Notes: a model not told the origin generated them from the sequence alone. 64,000 nucleotides of DNA from Vicinamibacteria bacterium (GCA_963422395.1 OY729431.1:2400001-2464000), one strand, 5' to 3'. Shown: positions 1 to 10,212, numbered from the stretch's first letter. Program-made: numbers and translations.

Positions 1-269
1 AGCGCGAACGGACCCTCGACGGATTCGATGATCTCGGTGATCGGGATCTCCGCCGGCAGCCGCGCGAGGCGGTAGCCGCCGCGGATTCCCTGCCGGGTCT
101 CGACGATGCCGGACTTCTTGAGGCTCTGCAGCACTTTCGCGGCAAGTTCGGGAGGCAGATTGTGGCCCTCCGCCACCCGTCTCGCGCTGAGCGTCTCCCC
201 GCTGGACAGGAATGCGAGATCGGCGAGCGCCATCAGGGCGTAGTCGGTGCTCTTCGAGAGGCGGATCAC
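1..269 (-). CDS. Rrf2-family transcriptional regulator (3' end outside the window)
   Basis: Manual translation from GTG at 269: MIRLSKSTDYALMALADLAF...LAAKVLQSLKKSGIVETRQGIRGGYRLAR..., carrying the Rrf2 DYAL and GxxGGYxLAR motifs. Confidence 0.85.
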   Translation of the reverse strand, partial: MIRLSKSTDYALMALADLAFLSSGETLSARRVAEGHNLPPELAAKVLQSLKKSGIVETRQGIRGGYRLARLPAEIPITEIIESVEGPFA

Positions 270-497
270 AGCGGATGACGAGGCGTCGGTTCGGCGGCTC
301 CTTCCTCGAACGGCATCCCTCGAAGGGATTCGACCCGCGCCCGGCGCGGCGGCCCGGAAAAGAACCGGGAGGAAAACAGGCGGTTCCGCTAAATGCGACC
401 CAATCGGTCGTATATCCTAACACAGGGCAGAGAACGGCAAAGTCCTTCTGGCCGGCGTTCTTGCGGGAGAGCCTCTCCGCTTAGACTCCAGCATGAT

Positions 498-1172
498 ATG
501 AAGCCCTCCGAGGAGGGACCCTGGGGCTCCGGAGCGGAGACGAAAACGGAAGCAGCACCGGACTGGTCCGCTGCCGCCCGGCGCCTCGCCCGCCAGGATC
601 CGAAGCTCGGCGAGCTCATCGAGCGGATCGGCCCCTGCTCTCTCGTCCCCCGCTCCAACTCCTTCGAGAACCTCGTCGGCTCCATCGTCGCCCAGCAGAT
701 CTCGGCGGCCGCCGCCCGAACCATCCACCGCCGGATCTGGGCGCTCACCCGGGGAAAGCCGCCGACCCCGCGCGACCTGCTCCGCCGCCGAGACACCACC
801 CTGAGGCGGGTCGGCCTCTCGCGCCAGAAGATCGTCTATCTGCGCGACCTCGCCTCCCGGATCGAGAGCGGGGATCTCGATCTCGAAGCCCTCGAATCCC
901 TGGACGACGACGCGGTCCGCACCGTGCTCACCCGGGGGAAAGGCATCGGGAATTGGACCGCCGACATGCACCTCATCTTCACCCTGAACCGACCCGATGT
1001 CTTCGCCCCCGGCGATGCCGCCGTCCTCGCGGCGATGCGCGACCTCTACGAGCTGCCGGAGGACGCGCCGCGGGACGCTTACCTCCGGATCAGCGACAGC
1101 TGGCGCCCCTTCCGCAGCATCGGCGTCTGGTACATGTACGAACACCTCCGGGCCCGCCGCCGAGGGGAGTGA
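498..1172 (+). CDS. DNA-3-methyladenine glycosylase, AlkA/HhH-GPD family
   Basis: Motifs IVAQQIS, GLSRQK, HhH GKGIGNWTA and WRPFRS. Start trimmed to ATG 498 within ORF 393..1172. Confidence 0.9.
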   Translation: MKPSEEGPWGSGAETKTEAAPDWSAAARRLARQDPKLGELIERIGPCSLVPRSNSFENLVGSIVAQQISAAAARTIHRRIWALTRGKPPTPRDLLRRRDTTLRRVGLSRQKIVYLRDLASRIESGDLDLEALESLDDDAVRTVLTRGKGIGNWTADMHLIFTLNRPDVFAPGDAAVLAAMRDLYELPEDAPRDAYLRISDSWRPFRSIGVWYMYEHLRARRRGE

Positions 1173-1260
1173 GCCCCCAGCGCTTCCGCGCTCCTGCTTC
1201 CTCGCCCCCGTATTCTCGGAGCGATCCGAATCGGGAACGGTCGCCCCAAGCGTCGTGCCA

Positions 1261-1570
1261 GGAGTCTGCGCCGCAGGAAGGTTGGGGCGGATCGGGGGTT
1301 CGGGAGCGCGTGATCGGAGTCATGGGGCGGGATCGCGCAGTTTTCGGGCGGGAGGGGAGTTCGGGAAGGCGCTCCGGAGGGCCTTTGGGCGGGTTGATGG
1401 GGCCAGGGCGGGGCGGGGCAGGCGTTTACGCTGCCAGCAACCCCGGGAGCCGTCGCGGGTTCAACGCCAGGCAGACCAGGTCCCACTCTCCTTGCGCCTT
1501 GCGCAGCCCCCGGAAGCTGAACCGCCGGAACCCCATCACCTCCTTGATCCACCCGTGGGGCGCCTCGGAC
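1261..1570 (-). mobile_element. IS1182-like remnant: transposase C-terminal fragment (1426-1569) plus probable element end near 1261
   Basis: 1569->1426 translates SEAPHGWIKEVMGFRRFSFRGLRKAQGEWDLVCLALNPRRLPGLLAA*, resembling IS1182 transposase C-termini (GFRRFxxRGLxKxxxEWxL). It is cut exactly at the IS481-type end at 1571. The boundary at 1261 is inferred. Confidence 0.65.
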
Positions 1571-1932
1571 TGTGCAACCTCACCAGGTTGTTCAGGGGTC
1601 GAGCGCCTAGATGGGGGGTCGGTGATGGAGGCTGGTGTGAGGCCGGCAGCGATGCGGGCGCGAGGAGCGGTCCCCGAGGCCCGGCAGGCCCTCCTCGCGC
1701 CAGCGGGCGAGCCACTTGTATGCAGTGCGCACGCTCACTCCCGAGGCTTGGGCCGCCGCCTCGACGCGGAGGCCTTCCTCGGTGATGCGGCGAACCAGGA
1801 TCTCTCGACCGAGCGGGGTCAGTTTGGCGGACTCGTGGATGTTCATGCGGGTTCCTCCTCATGCTGAGAGATCGTGGATACCCATGAGCTTCGGGCATCG
1901 GGCTCGCGTGAACAACCTGCCGCAAGGTCACA
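1571..1932 (-). mobile_element. Internally deleted IS481-family element (362 bp)
   Basis: Imperfect 24-bp TIRs TGTGCAACCTCACCAGGTTGTTCA (1571-1594) and TGAACAACCTGCCGCAAGGTCACA (1909-1932), 16/24 identical. GCTAGC target-like flank at 1933-1938. ORF 1607..1846 encodes an IS481 N-terminal HTH (MNIHESAKLTPLGR...RTAYKWLARWREEG) with no DDE core. Confidence 0.85.
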
Positions 1933-1941
1933 GCTAGCCGA

Positions 1942-3396
1942 TCAGGGGGCGGGGCGATTCTCTTCGCCGGCAGCCTCCGGGGACGAAGGCCAAGCCGCCA
2001 ACGGCGGGGGCGGCGCAAGGGCGTGGGCAAGCTGGAGCACGCCGAAATCATCGCGTTCCCGGCCGACGATCTGGAGGCCCACCGGGAGCCCCTCCCCCGA
2101 ATCCTCGCGGGTGCGGCCGAAGGGCGCCGAGACCGCCGGCTGGCCGAGCAGGGAGACGAAGGCGCAAGACCCCATCCACTCGGTGTAGGTCCGCATCGGG
2201 ACCCCGGCGATCGCTCGCGGATACGGAATCTCGAGATCGAAAGGCGGAACCTGCGACACCGGGAGGACCCAGAACCGGTAGCGGGCGAAGAAGCGGCGCG
2301 CCCGGCCGCGGAGCGCGGTCCAACGCAGGGCGGCCTCGGCGAGCTCGTCGCGCGAGAGCGCGCGGCCCTGCTCGATGTTCCAGACCACGGTGTCCTTCAT
2401 CCGCTCCCGGTGCTCGTCGAGCAGCCGTCCGTAGCAACGCTCGAAATACCAGGCCCGCCAGCGGTCGAACACGGTGTCGGCGCCCGTCAGGTCCGGCTCG
2501 GCTTCCTCCACGACGCAGCCCAGCGTTTCGAGCGCTGCCGGCGCCGGGGCGAGCGCTTCGGTGACCCGAGGGTCGAAGGGAAGTCCGGCGAAACGGGGGC
2601 TCCAGGCGACCCGCACCCCCCGGAAATCGCGTTCGAGCGGCCGCCCGAAACGCTCCGGGGAGTCCGCGAGCGAAAGCGGCGCCCGGTCGTCCGGACCGGC
2701 GATCGCGGAGAGCAGCAGCGCCGCATCGGCTGCCGTTCGCGCCATCGGTCCCTGGACCGGGAGCGGAAACCAGGGGGTCTCGTCGGGCCAGACGGGAACC
2801 CGCCCCGGCGAGGGGCGGAGCCCGACCACTCCGCAGAAGCTCGCGGGGTTCCGCAGCGAGCCTCCGAAGTCGCTGCCGTCGGCGATCGGCACCATTCCGG
2901 CAGCGAGCGCCGCCGCCGCACCGCCGCTGCTGCCGCCGCAGGTCTTCGCCTCGTCCCAGGGATTCCGGGTCGGACCGAACACCGGGTTGAAGGTCTGGGA
3001 GCCGGCGCCGAACTCGGGGGTGTTCGTCTTGCCGACGGTGATCGCGCCGGCGGCCCGGGTCCGCTCGACGAGCAGCGCGTCTTCCCGGGGAACGAAGTCG
3101 CTGAAGATCGGCGATCCGAAAGTCGTCCGGAGACCGCGGGTGAGGGTCAGGTCCTTGTGGGCGACCGGGAGCCCGTGGAGCGGTCCGAGCGGCTCGCCCC
3201 GCGCCGCGGCCTCGTCGGCTCGCTCCGCGGCGGCGAGCAGCGCTTTCTCCGGCCGCAGGGTGACGATGGCGTTGAGGCGCGGGTCCACCTCCTGGATCCG
3301 GGTGAGGTGGGCCTGCATCACCTCGACCGCCGACGCCTCTCGCCGGGCGATGAGCCCCGCGAGCTCCCCTGCCCCGCGGCGGCAGAGATCGGACAT
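1942..3396 (-). CDS. Amidase (amidase-signature family)
   Basis: Motifs GPLHGLPVAHKD, GKTNTPEF, GGSSGG and GSDFGGSLRNPASFCG. Confidence 0.95.
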   Translation of the reverse strand: MSDLCRRGAGELAGLIARREASAVEVMQAHLTRIQEVDPRLNAIVTLRPEKALLAAAERADEAAARGEPLGPLHGLPVAHKDLTLTRGLRTTFGSPIFSDFVPREDALLVERTRAAGAITVGKTNTPEFGAGSQTFNPVFGPTRNPWDEAKTCGGSSGGAAAALAAGMVPIADGSDFGGSLRNPASFCGVVGLRPSPGRVPVWPDETPWFPLPVQGPMARTAADAALLLSAIAGPDDRAPLSLADSPERFGRPLERDFRGVRVAWSPRFAGLPFDPRVTEALAPAPAALETLGCVVEEAEPDLTGADTVFDRWRAWYFERCYGRLLDEHRERMKDTVVWNIEQGRALSRDELAEAALRWTALRGRARRFFARYRFWVLPVSQVPPFDLEIPYPRAIAGVPMRTYTEWMGSCAFVSLLGQPAVSAPFGRTREDSGEGLPVGLQIVGRERDDFGVLQLAHALAPPPPLAAWPSSPEAAGEENRPAP

Positions 3397-3483
3397 GCAG
3401 GGGGCGCGGCGCCTTTCGCTGCAGCAGCGCCGCCGGACTCGCCTCCGAAGCTTCCGGGACTCGCTCAGCGCCGCTTCAACCGG

Positions 3484-5124
3484 TCAGCAGCAAGCGTCGA
3501 GGCGGGCGAGGAGCGCGGACAGCCCCGGCTCGCCGGGGACCGGAGCCGGAAGCCAGAGCACCCGCCGACCGCGCCGCTGCAGCTCCTGGTAGTCGGCAGC
3601 GGCCTGGAGCCGGGCGAAGGCTCCCGCGCCGAGGCCGACCGCCGGCGGCGGCAATGCTCCGGCGGGCGGGAGGAGGAGGTCCGCTTCCGGCTCCCAGCTC
3701 AGCATCAGGACGCCCAGGCCCGGCGGCCCGCCTTTTTCGATCTGTCCCAGCGAATGGAGCAGCGAGGAGCCGAACCCGACCGCCGGGACGACGCCCAACC
3801 GGTCCGCGAGGAGGCGCGCTGTCCGCTGGAACGCCGCCTCGGCGCGCGGGCTGCGGTGCCCGAAGCCGTTGATCGCCAACCCTCCCTCCCGCGCAGCGCC
3901 GAGGAACTCGGCGAGTCGGCGGTCTTCCACCGGCGGAGGCGCTGGCGCCGAGCCCGGGTCCACCATGAGCTGCCGTGCCGCCGCCTTGGCTCCCTCGACA
4001 TCCGGCTGGTCGTAGGGGTCCACCCCCATCCGGTAGGCGGCGACCGAAGCCGCTACCTGCCAGCGGAAGAGCTCGCCGAGGACGGTTGCGCGGGAGAGCG
4101 CCGCGTGGACCACCGGGAGCCCCGCGGCCGCCGCCCGGTCGAGACGCTCCCGGTCTTCGCCTTCCGCCGGCCCCAGATGGATCGAGAAGACCCGGCTTCC
4201 CGAAGTGGGCGGGCGGGGCGACGGCGGCAGGAGGACCGGCAGGATTCCTCTCCCCTGCTTGCCGGTGTTCTCGGAGAAGAGCTGTTCGAGCCAGGGCAGG
4301 ATCGCCGAAAATTCCGCAGCAGCAGAGATGTGCGCCTCGCACCGCCCCGCCGCTTCGAGCCGGGCGAGGAAGACTCCGAGCAGCACCCCGGGGTCTTCCG
4401 CCGGAAGCGAGGGAGCGTCGAGAGTGCCGCGCACTCGGCGCGCGGCCTCGAGGCCGGCTTCGACCCGGCACCCGGCGAGTACCGCCGGCAGGAGCCCATA
4501 GGCGCCGAGCGCGGAGAAGCGGCCTCCCACACTCGGCATCCCGGCGAACGCCATCCTGTATCCGGCGGCGGCGGAATGGGCGAGGAGAGGCGAGCCGGGG
4601 TCGCTGAGCGCCATGAGCTGCCGGCCGGGAGTGCCTCCCGAAACCTCGAGAGCCCGGACGATCAGCGCTTCGAGCACTCTGGTCTCCACCGTGGTCCCCG
4701 ACTTCGAGGCGATCAGGAAGACAGTGCGCGGCAGCGATTCGGCACCGAGCGCCGCGCGCACCGCCTCGGGTGCCAGGGTGTTCAGGAAACGGGCTTCGAG
4801 GGCAGTTTCGCGATCGACATCCCGCGGGAGAAGAGCGCACAGGGTCTCCGCAGCACGCCCCGATCCTCCCATCCCCACCACCACCAAGCGGTCGAGGCCG
4901 TCCTCGACGAGCTCTCGGCGGAGCGTCCGCCAAGCGGGGAGCGAACCGGCAGCGGCGAGGGGGAGATCCACCCAGCCCAACCGGTCGGCACTCGTTCGCA
5001 TCCCCGTCCGCCCGAGCCTTCCGGGCGGCGTTCCCTCGGCCCAGAGCGCGGCAGCGGCCTCGCGAGATTCCGTGAGGCCGCCCGTCCGCACCGCTCCCGG
5101 AGCGGGCCAGAGGCGCCAGCTCAT
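3484..5124 (-). CDS. Glucose-6-phosphate isomerase-like protein (PGI domain of the Tal/Pgi type)
   Basis: Motifs GMGGS, ASKSGTTVET, VGGRFS, WLEQLFSENTGKQG, DQPDVEGAK and HSLGQ. Start is approximate. Confidence 0.8.
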   Translation of the reverse strand: MSWRLWPAPGAVRTGGLTESREAAAALWAEGTPPGRLGRTGMRTSADRLGWVDLPLAAAGSLPAWRTLRRELVEDGLDRLVVVGMGGSGRAAETLCALLPRDVDRETALEARFLNTLAPEAVRAALGAESLPRTVFLIASKSGTTVETRVLEALIVRALEVSGGTPGRQLMALSDPGSPLLAHSAAAGYRMAFAGMPSVGGRFSALGAYGLLPAVLAGCRVEAGLEAARRVRGTLDAPSLPAEDPGVLLGVFLARLEAAGRCEAHISAAAEFSAILPWLEQLFSENTGKQGRGILPVLLPPSPRPPTSGSRVFSIHLGPAEGEDRERLDRAAAAGLPVVHAALSRATVLGELFRWQVAASVAAYRMGVDPYDQPDVEGAKAAARQLMVDPGSAPAPPPVEDRRLAEFLGAAREGGLAINGFGHRSPRAEAAFQRTARLLADRLGVVPAVGFGSSLLHSLGQIEKGGPPGLGVLMLSWEPEADLLLPPAGALPPPAVGLGAGAFARLQAAADYQELQRRGRRVLWLPAPVPGEPGLSALLARLDACC

Positions 5125-5174
5125 CGTTTTCCGGCGCGGAGACTGCTCTGGGGTCCGGCTACCATTGACGAAGC

Positions 5175-6239
5175 ATGATGAGGATGCGGAGGGTACCAAT
5201 GAGCCAGCTGGTCAAAACCTCGAAACGACTCCGCTACGAGAAGAGTCCGGTCGGCGGCTCGATCACCGACCCGGCGGTCTTCTTCGAACGGCGGGCACTG
5301 CTGCGCGCCATCGGCAGCACCGCGCTGATCGGCCCCGTTTCGGCGGCCTGCGGGACGCCCGCCGAAGGCGCCGAGATGCTGGAAGTCCCGTATGCACGCC
5401 CGGATGTCTTTCCGGCGTCGCGGAACGCAGCGTACACCGTCCCCGCAGAGATCGAGCGAAAGGAGCTGATGGCGCGCGAGGTGGCGGGATCGCACAACAA
5501 CTTCTACGAGTTCCTCGCCGGTCGGGGCGGCGCGGTCTGGAGGCTCTCCGGCGAGTACCAGCCGGTGCCCTGGGCAGTCGAGGTGACCGGCGAGTGCGCG
5601 AAGCCGCGGACCTTCGACCTCGACGCGCTGCTCGGCTTCGACCACGAGGAGCGCATCTACCACTTCCGCTGCGTCGAGCGCTGGGCGATGAATGTGCCGT
5701 GGACCGGGTTCCCGCTGGCCGAGCTGATCGCCGCGGTGGAGCCGACGGGCGAGGCCCGCTTCTGTGCCTTCACCTGCCTCGACCGCCCCGAGGAGATGCC
5801 GGGGCTGGCCTCGAGCGACTGGTATCCCTGGCCGTACCACGAAGCGCTGCGGATGGACGAGGCGATGCACCCGCTCGCCTTCGTGGCGACCGGAATCTAC
5901 GGCGAACCGCTGGTCCGCCAGCACGGCGCCCCGGTGCGGCTCGCCCTTCCCTGGAAGTACGGCTACAAGGGACCGAAGGCGGTGGTGAAGATCGAGCTGA
6001 CCAGGGAGCAACCGCCTTTCTTCTGGGAGATGCAGAAGCACGAGTACGGGTTCTTGTCCAACATCAACCCGAACATCCCCCACCCGCGCTGGAGCCAGGA
6101 GCAGTCCTACTGGCTCGACGACCGAGAGCCCTTCCCGACCCCGCTCTTCAACGGCTACGCCGAGCAGGTGGCAGCGCTCTACCCGGACGAGCCGAGGGAG
6201 CCGCAGCGGCCGCTCCGCCTGGGACAGACGGCGCGGTAG
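5175..6239 (+). CDS. msrP: Protein-methionine-sulfoxide reductase catalytic subunit (molybdopterin)
   Basis: Tat-like ERRALL, then NNFYEF, EERIYHFRCVERW, GAPVRLALPWKYGYK, EYGFLSNINP and HPRWSQ. Start could be 5199. Confidence 0.92.
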   Translation: MMRMRRVPMSQLVKTSKRLRYEKSPVGGSITDPAVFFERRALLRAIGSTALIGPVSAACGTPAEGAEMLEVPYARPDVFPASRNAAYTVPAEIERKELMAREVAGSHNNFYEFLAGRGGAVWRLSGEYQPVPWAVEVTGECAKPRTFDLDALLGFDHEERIYHFRCVERWAMNVPWTGFPLAELIAAVEPTGEARFCAFTCLDRPEEMPGLASSDWYPWPYHEALRMDEAMHPLAFVATGIYGEPLVRQHGAPVRLALPWKYGYKGPKAVVKIELTREQPPFFWEMQKHEYGFLSNINPNIPHPRWSQEQSYWLDDREPFPTPLFNGYAEQVAALYPDEPREPQRPLRLGQTAR

Positions 6240-6269
6240 GCCCCCGCCCCGGAAGCCGCAGCGCGCCGC

Positions 6270-6803
6270 ATGACGCTCGCCGCGGACCGGCAGGCGATCC
6301 AGGACCACTACCCCGAGTCCACGAAGCACTGCTACGGCTGCGGCTCCGAGAACCCGCACGGCTATCGGATCCGCAGTTTCCGGGAGGGCGGCGAAACGGT
6401 CTGCCGCTTCACTCCGGAGCCCTTCCACACGGCGGTACCGGGGGCGGTGTACGGCGGGCTGATCGCCTCGCTGGTGGATTGCCACGGCACCGGGGCCGCC
6501 GCCGAAGCCGCCTATCGCGCGGCCGGGCGGCCCCTGGGCAGCGAGCCTCCGCTCCGTTTCGTCACCGGCTCGCTCCGGGTGGACTACCGGCGGCCCACAC
6601 CGATCGGCGAGGAACTGGTCCTACGGGCCCGCGCCGCCGAGATCACCGAGCGGAGAGTGCGGGTCCGGATCACCGTGGAGGCCGGCGGCATGGTGACCGC
6701 CGAAGGCGAGGTGGTCGCCGTGCGCATTCCGGAGAGCTGGCTCGATAGCCTCGGCAGGGGCGAGTCGGGGGACGGGCGGTCTCGCGGGCCGGACCGCTCC
6801 TGA
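6270..6803 (+). CDS. PaaI/hotdog-fold thioesterase
   Basis: Motifs CYGCGSENPHG, YGGLIASLVDCHG and VDYRRPTP. Confidence 0.85.
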   Translation: MTLAADRQAIQDHYPESTKHCYGCGSENPHGYRIRSFREGGETVCRFTPEPFHTAVPGAVYGGLIASLVDCHGTGAAAEAAYRAAGRPLGSEPPLRFVTGSLRVDYRRPTPIGEELVLRARAAEITERRVRVRITVEAGGMVTAEGEVVAVRIPESWLDSLGRGESGDGRSRGPDRS

Positions 6804-6862
6804 CCGAAGCCCCCTCCGGGGGCGGGGCGAGAAGGCGAACGACAGTCTTTAGTCGACAGCCT

Positions 6863-9397
6863 TTAGTCGGCCAGGACCTGCAGCGGCTTTCTGCGGAGGA
6901 CATCGGCGGCGGCGAGCGCCCCCACTGCGGCAGCCCCGGCCGCTGGAAGAAGGATCGCGAGCCCGGCGAGCCGCATTTCCACCTCGAAGGGCAGGTTCAT
7001 GACCTGCCGGACGACGAAGAGCGCGGTCACCGCGGCGAAGAGCCCGGCTGCGCCCCCGGCGAGCGCGCCGATGGCGCCGTGTTCGAGCAGGGTGACCGCC
7101 AGCACCCGCCGGCGGCCCGCTCCGAAGACCCGGAGCACCGCGGTCTCGCGGCGGCGGGCGCCGATGTGCACCGCGACGGTGCCGATGAGGATGAGCAGGC
7201 CGCCGGCCATCGCGATGAGGCCGACGATCCGGATCGCGAGCGCCACGCTGTCGGCCACCTGCTGCATGGTGTCGAGCACATCCCGAAGATCCACCACCGT
7301 CACATTGGGGAACTCTCCGACCAGCGCCCCCTGGAAGCGCGCCCGTTCGAGGGCGCCGTCGGGGCCCCGGACGAAGCCGGCGTAGGTCATCGGGAAGCCC
7401 CGGAAGTTGTCGGGATGGAAGAGGAAGGTGAACCCGCCGTTCCGAGCGTTTCTCCACTCCACATCGCGCATCGAGGTCACCGTCGCGTCGAGGATCTCCC
7501 CGAGGATCTCGAAGCGCATCGTGTCTCCGACGCGGAGGCCGTAGTCGTCCATCAGCCAGTTCTCGACGGACACCTCGATCCCGTCAGCGGAGCGCTCACC
7601 CCAGAATTCGCCGGCGATCAGCGATTCGTTGTCCTCCAGGAAGGACCGGGAACTGACGGTGTACTCGCGGGAGAGCCCCCCGGCAGAGCGCACTGCAGCG
7701 CGGTCTGCGAGCCGGATGTTCTCGCCGAAGATGCCGTGGATCCGCGCCTGCATCACCGGGATCAGCCGGATGTCGGGCGCTCCGCCCGCCGCCGCGCTCG
7801 CCCGAACGGCTTCGAGCTGGTCCGCCTGGATGTCGAGGAAGAACAGATCCGGAGCCTCGCGGTCCGCCTCGAAGGCGAACTCGCGCCGCAGGTTGCGTTC
7901 GATCTGCACGGCGGTGAGCACCAGGAAGATCCCCACGCCGAGCGAGACCAGCACCACCCGCAGCTGCCGCCCGCCGCGGAGGACGGTCCGCACCGCATGG
8001 CGGAGCGCGAAGGCGCGGGCGTTCGCGAGCGGCGCGAGAACCCGGAGCAGCAGTCCGCCCAGAACCCACAGCACGAGGGCCGCCCCGAGGAAGCCTCCGG
8101 TGACCGCCAGAGTGATCGCGGGCGAACCGGACTGCCAGCTGGCGAGACCGAAGAAGGCCGCTGCGGCGAGCGCGAACACCGCCCACTCCGCCGGGCGGGT
8201 TCGGGAGGAGCCGGCCTCCCCGTCGAGCATCTCCCCACTCCGCAGCAGACCGAGCGGCCGCACTCGACCGAGCGGCAGCAGCGGAAAAGCCGCCGAGAAC
8301 AGGGACACCAGGGCTCCGGTGAAGACCCCCTGGAGAGCGGCGGCCGGGGTCAGCCGCGCGGCCACCTGGACACCGCTGATCTCCACCGCCGGGATGAAGA
8401 GCCCGAGCGCCGCCGCCCCGAGGGCGATCCCGAAGCCACCAGCGAGGGCGGCGAGCGCCAGCACCTGCAGCAGAGCGATCGACAGGATGCTCCGGGAGGA
8501 GGCCCCGAGACAGCGCAGGGTCGCCGCCGAAGGCAGGCTCTGGCGGGTGAAGGCGCGGGCGGCGCTGAAGACGCCCACCCCGCCCAGCACCAGGATCACG
8601 AAACCGGCGAGGCTCAGATAGTCCTCCCCTCGGCGAATCCGGCGGGCAAGCCGGTCCCCCGTCTGGCGGAAAGTGCGGACCCGAACCGGAAGGTCGTCGA
8701 GCGCGCTCCGCAGGTCCGCCGCCAGCTCGGACGCCGCCGCCTCCGATTCCACGGCGAACAGCACCTCGCGCCGGCCGCGCGAGGGCCCCGCGAGCAGACC
8801 GGTTCCCCGCAGGTCGGAGAGGGAGACGAGCACTCGGGGGCCGCGGCGGAAGAAGTCGAGCCCCGCCCCCGGCTCCCGGAGCAGGTCTCCCCGAATTTCG
8901 AACGGCTCGCCGCCCAGGAGGATGGCGTCCCCGATCTCGAGGCCCAGGCGGGTCCGCACCTCAGGGCGCGCAAGCGCGCCGCGCCCGACGAGGAGGTCGG
9001 GACCGTAGGCGGCGCCCTCGATCTCCATCTCTCCGTAGAGCGGGAAGGCGTCGTCCACTCCCTTGAGCTCCACCATCGCCGCGCGGAGCGGATCGGCGGC
9101 GGAACGGGCCAAGGTGGCGATCTGGGCCGAACGCGCTACCCCGGTGAGCGGGTGGACCCCCGCCGCGTCGTCGAGGACGGCTTCGGTTTCGGGGTCGAAG
9201 CCCTCGGAAGTCGAAACCGCCACATCGCCGGCCATCAGGAAGCGCGATTCGCTCCGGAGCGCCGCCCGCAGGCTGTCCGCCGCCGAGCGGAGCACCACGA
9301 TCGCCGCCACCCCGATCCCGACGGCGAGGAAGAAGAGCGAGAGTCGGCGGGCGGAGGAGCGGAGTTCGCGCGCCGCCATCCGCAGGGCGAAACGCAT
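6863..9397 (-). CDS. ABC transporter permease, YbbP-like (duplicated FtsX/MacB)
   Basis: 844 aa with MRFALRMAARELR, two FtsX-like TM blocks, YPLYG-like FPLYG and FFLDIQ. Lies directly downstream of an ABC ATPase. Confidence 0.88.
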   Translation of the reverse strand: MRFALRMAARELRSSARRLSLFFLAVGIGVAAIVVLRSAADSLRAALRSESRFLMAGDVAVSTSEGFDPETEAVLDDAAGVHPLTGVARSAQIATLARSAADPLRAAMVELKGVDDAFPLYGEMEIEGAAYGPDLLVGRGALARPEVRTRLGLEIGDAILLGGEPFEIRGDLLREPGAGLDFFRRGPRVLVSLSDLRGTGLLAGPSRGRREVLFAVESEAAASELAADLRSALDDLPVRVRTFRQTGDRLARRIRRGEDYLSLAGFVILVLGGVGVFSAARAFTRQSLPSAATLRCLGASSRSILSIALLQVLALAALAGGFGIALGAAALGLFIPAVEISGVQVAARLTPAAALQGVFTGALVSLFSAAFPLLPLGRVRPLGLLRSGEMLDGEAGSSRTRPAEWAVFALAAAAFFGLASWQSGSPAITLAVTGGFLGAALVLWVLGGLLLRVLAPLANARAFALRHAVRTVLRGGRQLRVVLVSLGVGIFLVLTAVQIERNLRREFAFEADREAPDLFFLDIQADQLEAVRASAAAGGAPDIRLIPVMQARIHGIFGENIRLADRAAVRSAGGLSREYTVSSRSFLEDNESLIAGEFWGERSADGIEVSVENWLMDDYGLRVGDTMRFEILGEILDATVTSMRDVEWRNARNGGFTFLFHPDNFRGFPMTYAGFVRGPDGALERARFQGALVGEFPNVTVVDLRDVLDTMQQVADSVALAIRIVGLIAMAGGLLILIGTVAVHIGARRRETAVLRVFGAGRRRVLAVTLLEHGAIGALAGGAAGLFAAVTALFVVRQVMNLPFEVEMRLAGLAILLPAAGAAAVGALAAADVLRRKPLQVLAD

Positions 9398-9424
9398 CGG
9401 ATGGCTTCCGGAAACTCTGGGGGA

Positions 9425-10135
9425 TCAGGCGCTGGCGAGCGCCGGCGCAGGAGGGGAGAGGAGGGGAGGAGCGGTTTCCTCGTGGAGCCGTCCTCCCCGC
9501 AGCGAGAGCCGCCGGTCGGCGCGGGTGGCGAGCTCGGCGTCGTGGGTCGCCACCACCACCGCCGCTCCGGTCCGCTCGCGCACTCCGACCAGGAGTTCGG
9601 CGATCCGCGCCCCGGTCTCCTCGTCGAGGTTGCCGGTGGGTTCGTCGGCGAGCACCAGCCGCGGCTCGTTCGAGATCGCCCGCGCGATGGCCACCCGCTG
9701 CTGTTCGCCCCCGGACATCTGCGAGGGGAGGTGGTGCGCGCGCTCCGCGAGACCGAAGGATTCGAGCAGCGCCTGCGCCCGCTCGTGGGCGCCGGAGACT
9801 CCGGCGATCTCCAGCGGAACCCCTACATTCTCGAGCGCGGTCAGGTTGGGGAGCAGATGGAACGACTGGAAGACGAAGCCGAGGTGGCGGGAGCGGAAGA
9901 GCGCCAGTCGCTCCTCGTCGAGGGTCGAGAGGTCGACTCCGGCGACTTGCACGACTCCGGCCGTGGGGTGGTCGAGGCCCGCGAGCAGCCCGAGCAGCGT
10001 GGACTTGCCGCTCCCGGAAGGGCCGCGCACGCAGACGAACTCGCCGGCCTCCACCGCGAAATCGAGCCCGCTCAGGATGGTGAGATCGCGGTCCCCGCTC
10101 CGAACGGTCTTCCGAAGGCCTTCCGCCTGGATCAT
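9425..10135 (-). CDS. ABC transporter ATP-binding protein, YbbA/LolD-like
   Basis: Walker A GPSGSGKST, signature MSGGEQQRV, Walker B LADEPTGNLD. Confidence 0.95.
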   Translation of the reverse strand: MIQAEGLRKTVRSGDRDLTILSGLDFAVEAGEFVCVRGPSGSGKSTLLGLLAGLDHPTAGVVQVAGVDLSTLDEERLALFRSRHLGFVFQSFHLLPNLTALENVGVPLEIAGVSGAHERAQALLESFGLAERAHHLPSQMSGGEQQRVAIARAISNEPRLVLADEPTGNLDEETGARIAELLVGVRERTGAAVVVATHDAELATRADRRLSLRGGRLHEETAPPLLSPPAPALASA

Positions 10136-10212
10136 GAGTGACGAGCCGGTGGGGAAGCGCCCGTCCGCACCGGCTCACCGGAATCTTGCCACGAGTGGGT
10201 CCTGCCAAGACG

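Noticed and set aside
2023-10141. Very long plus-strand ORFs (2023..5178, 7079..10141) and similar antisense ORFs throughout
   Set aside because: They are shadow frames of well-supported opposite-strand genes in high-GC DNA, Arg/Pro/Gly-rich and without family motifs.
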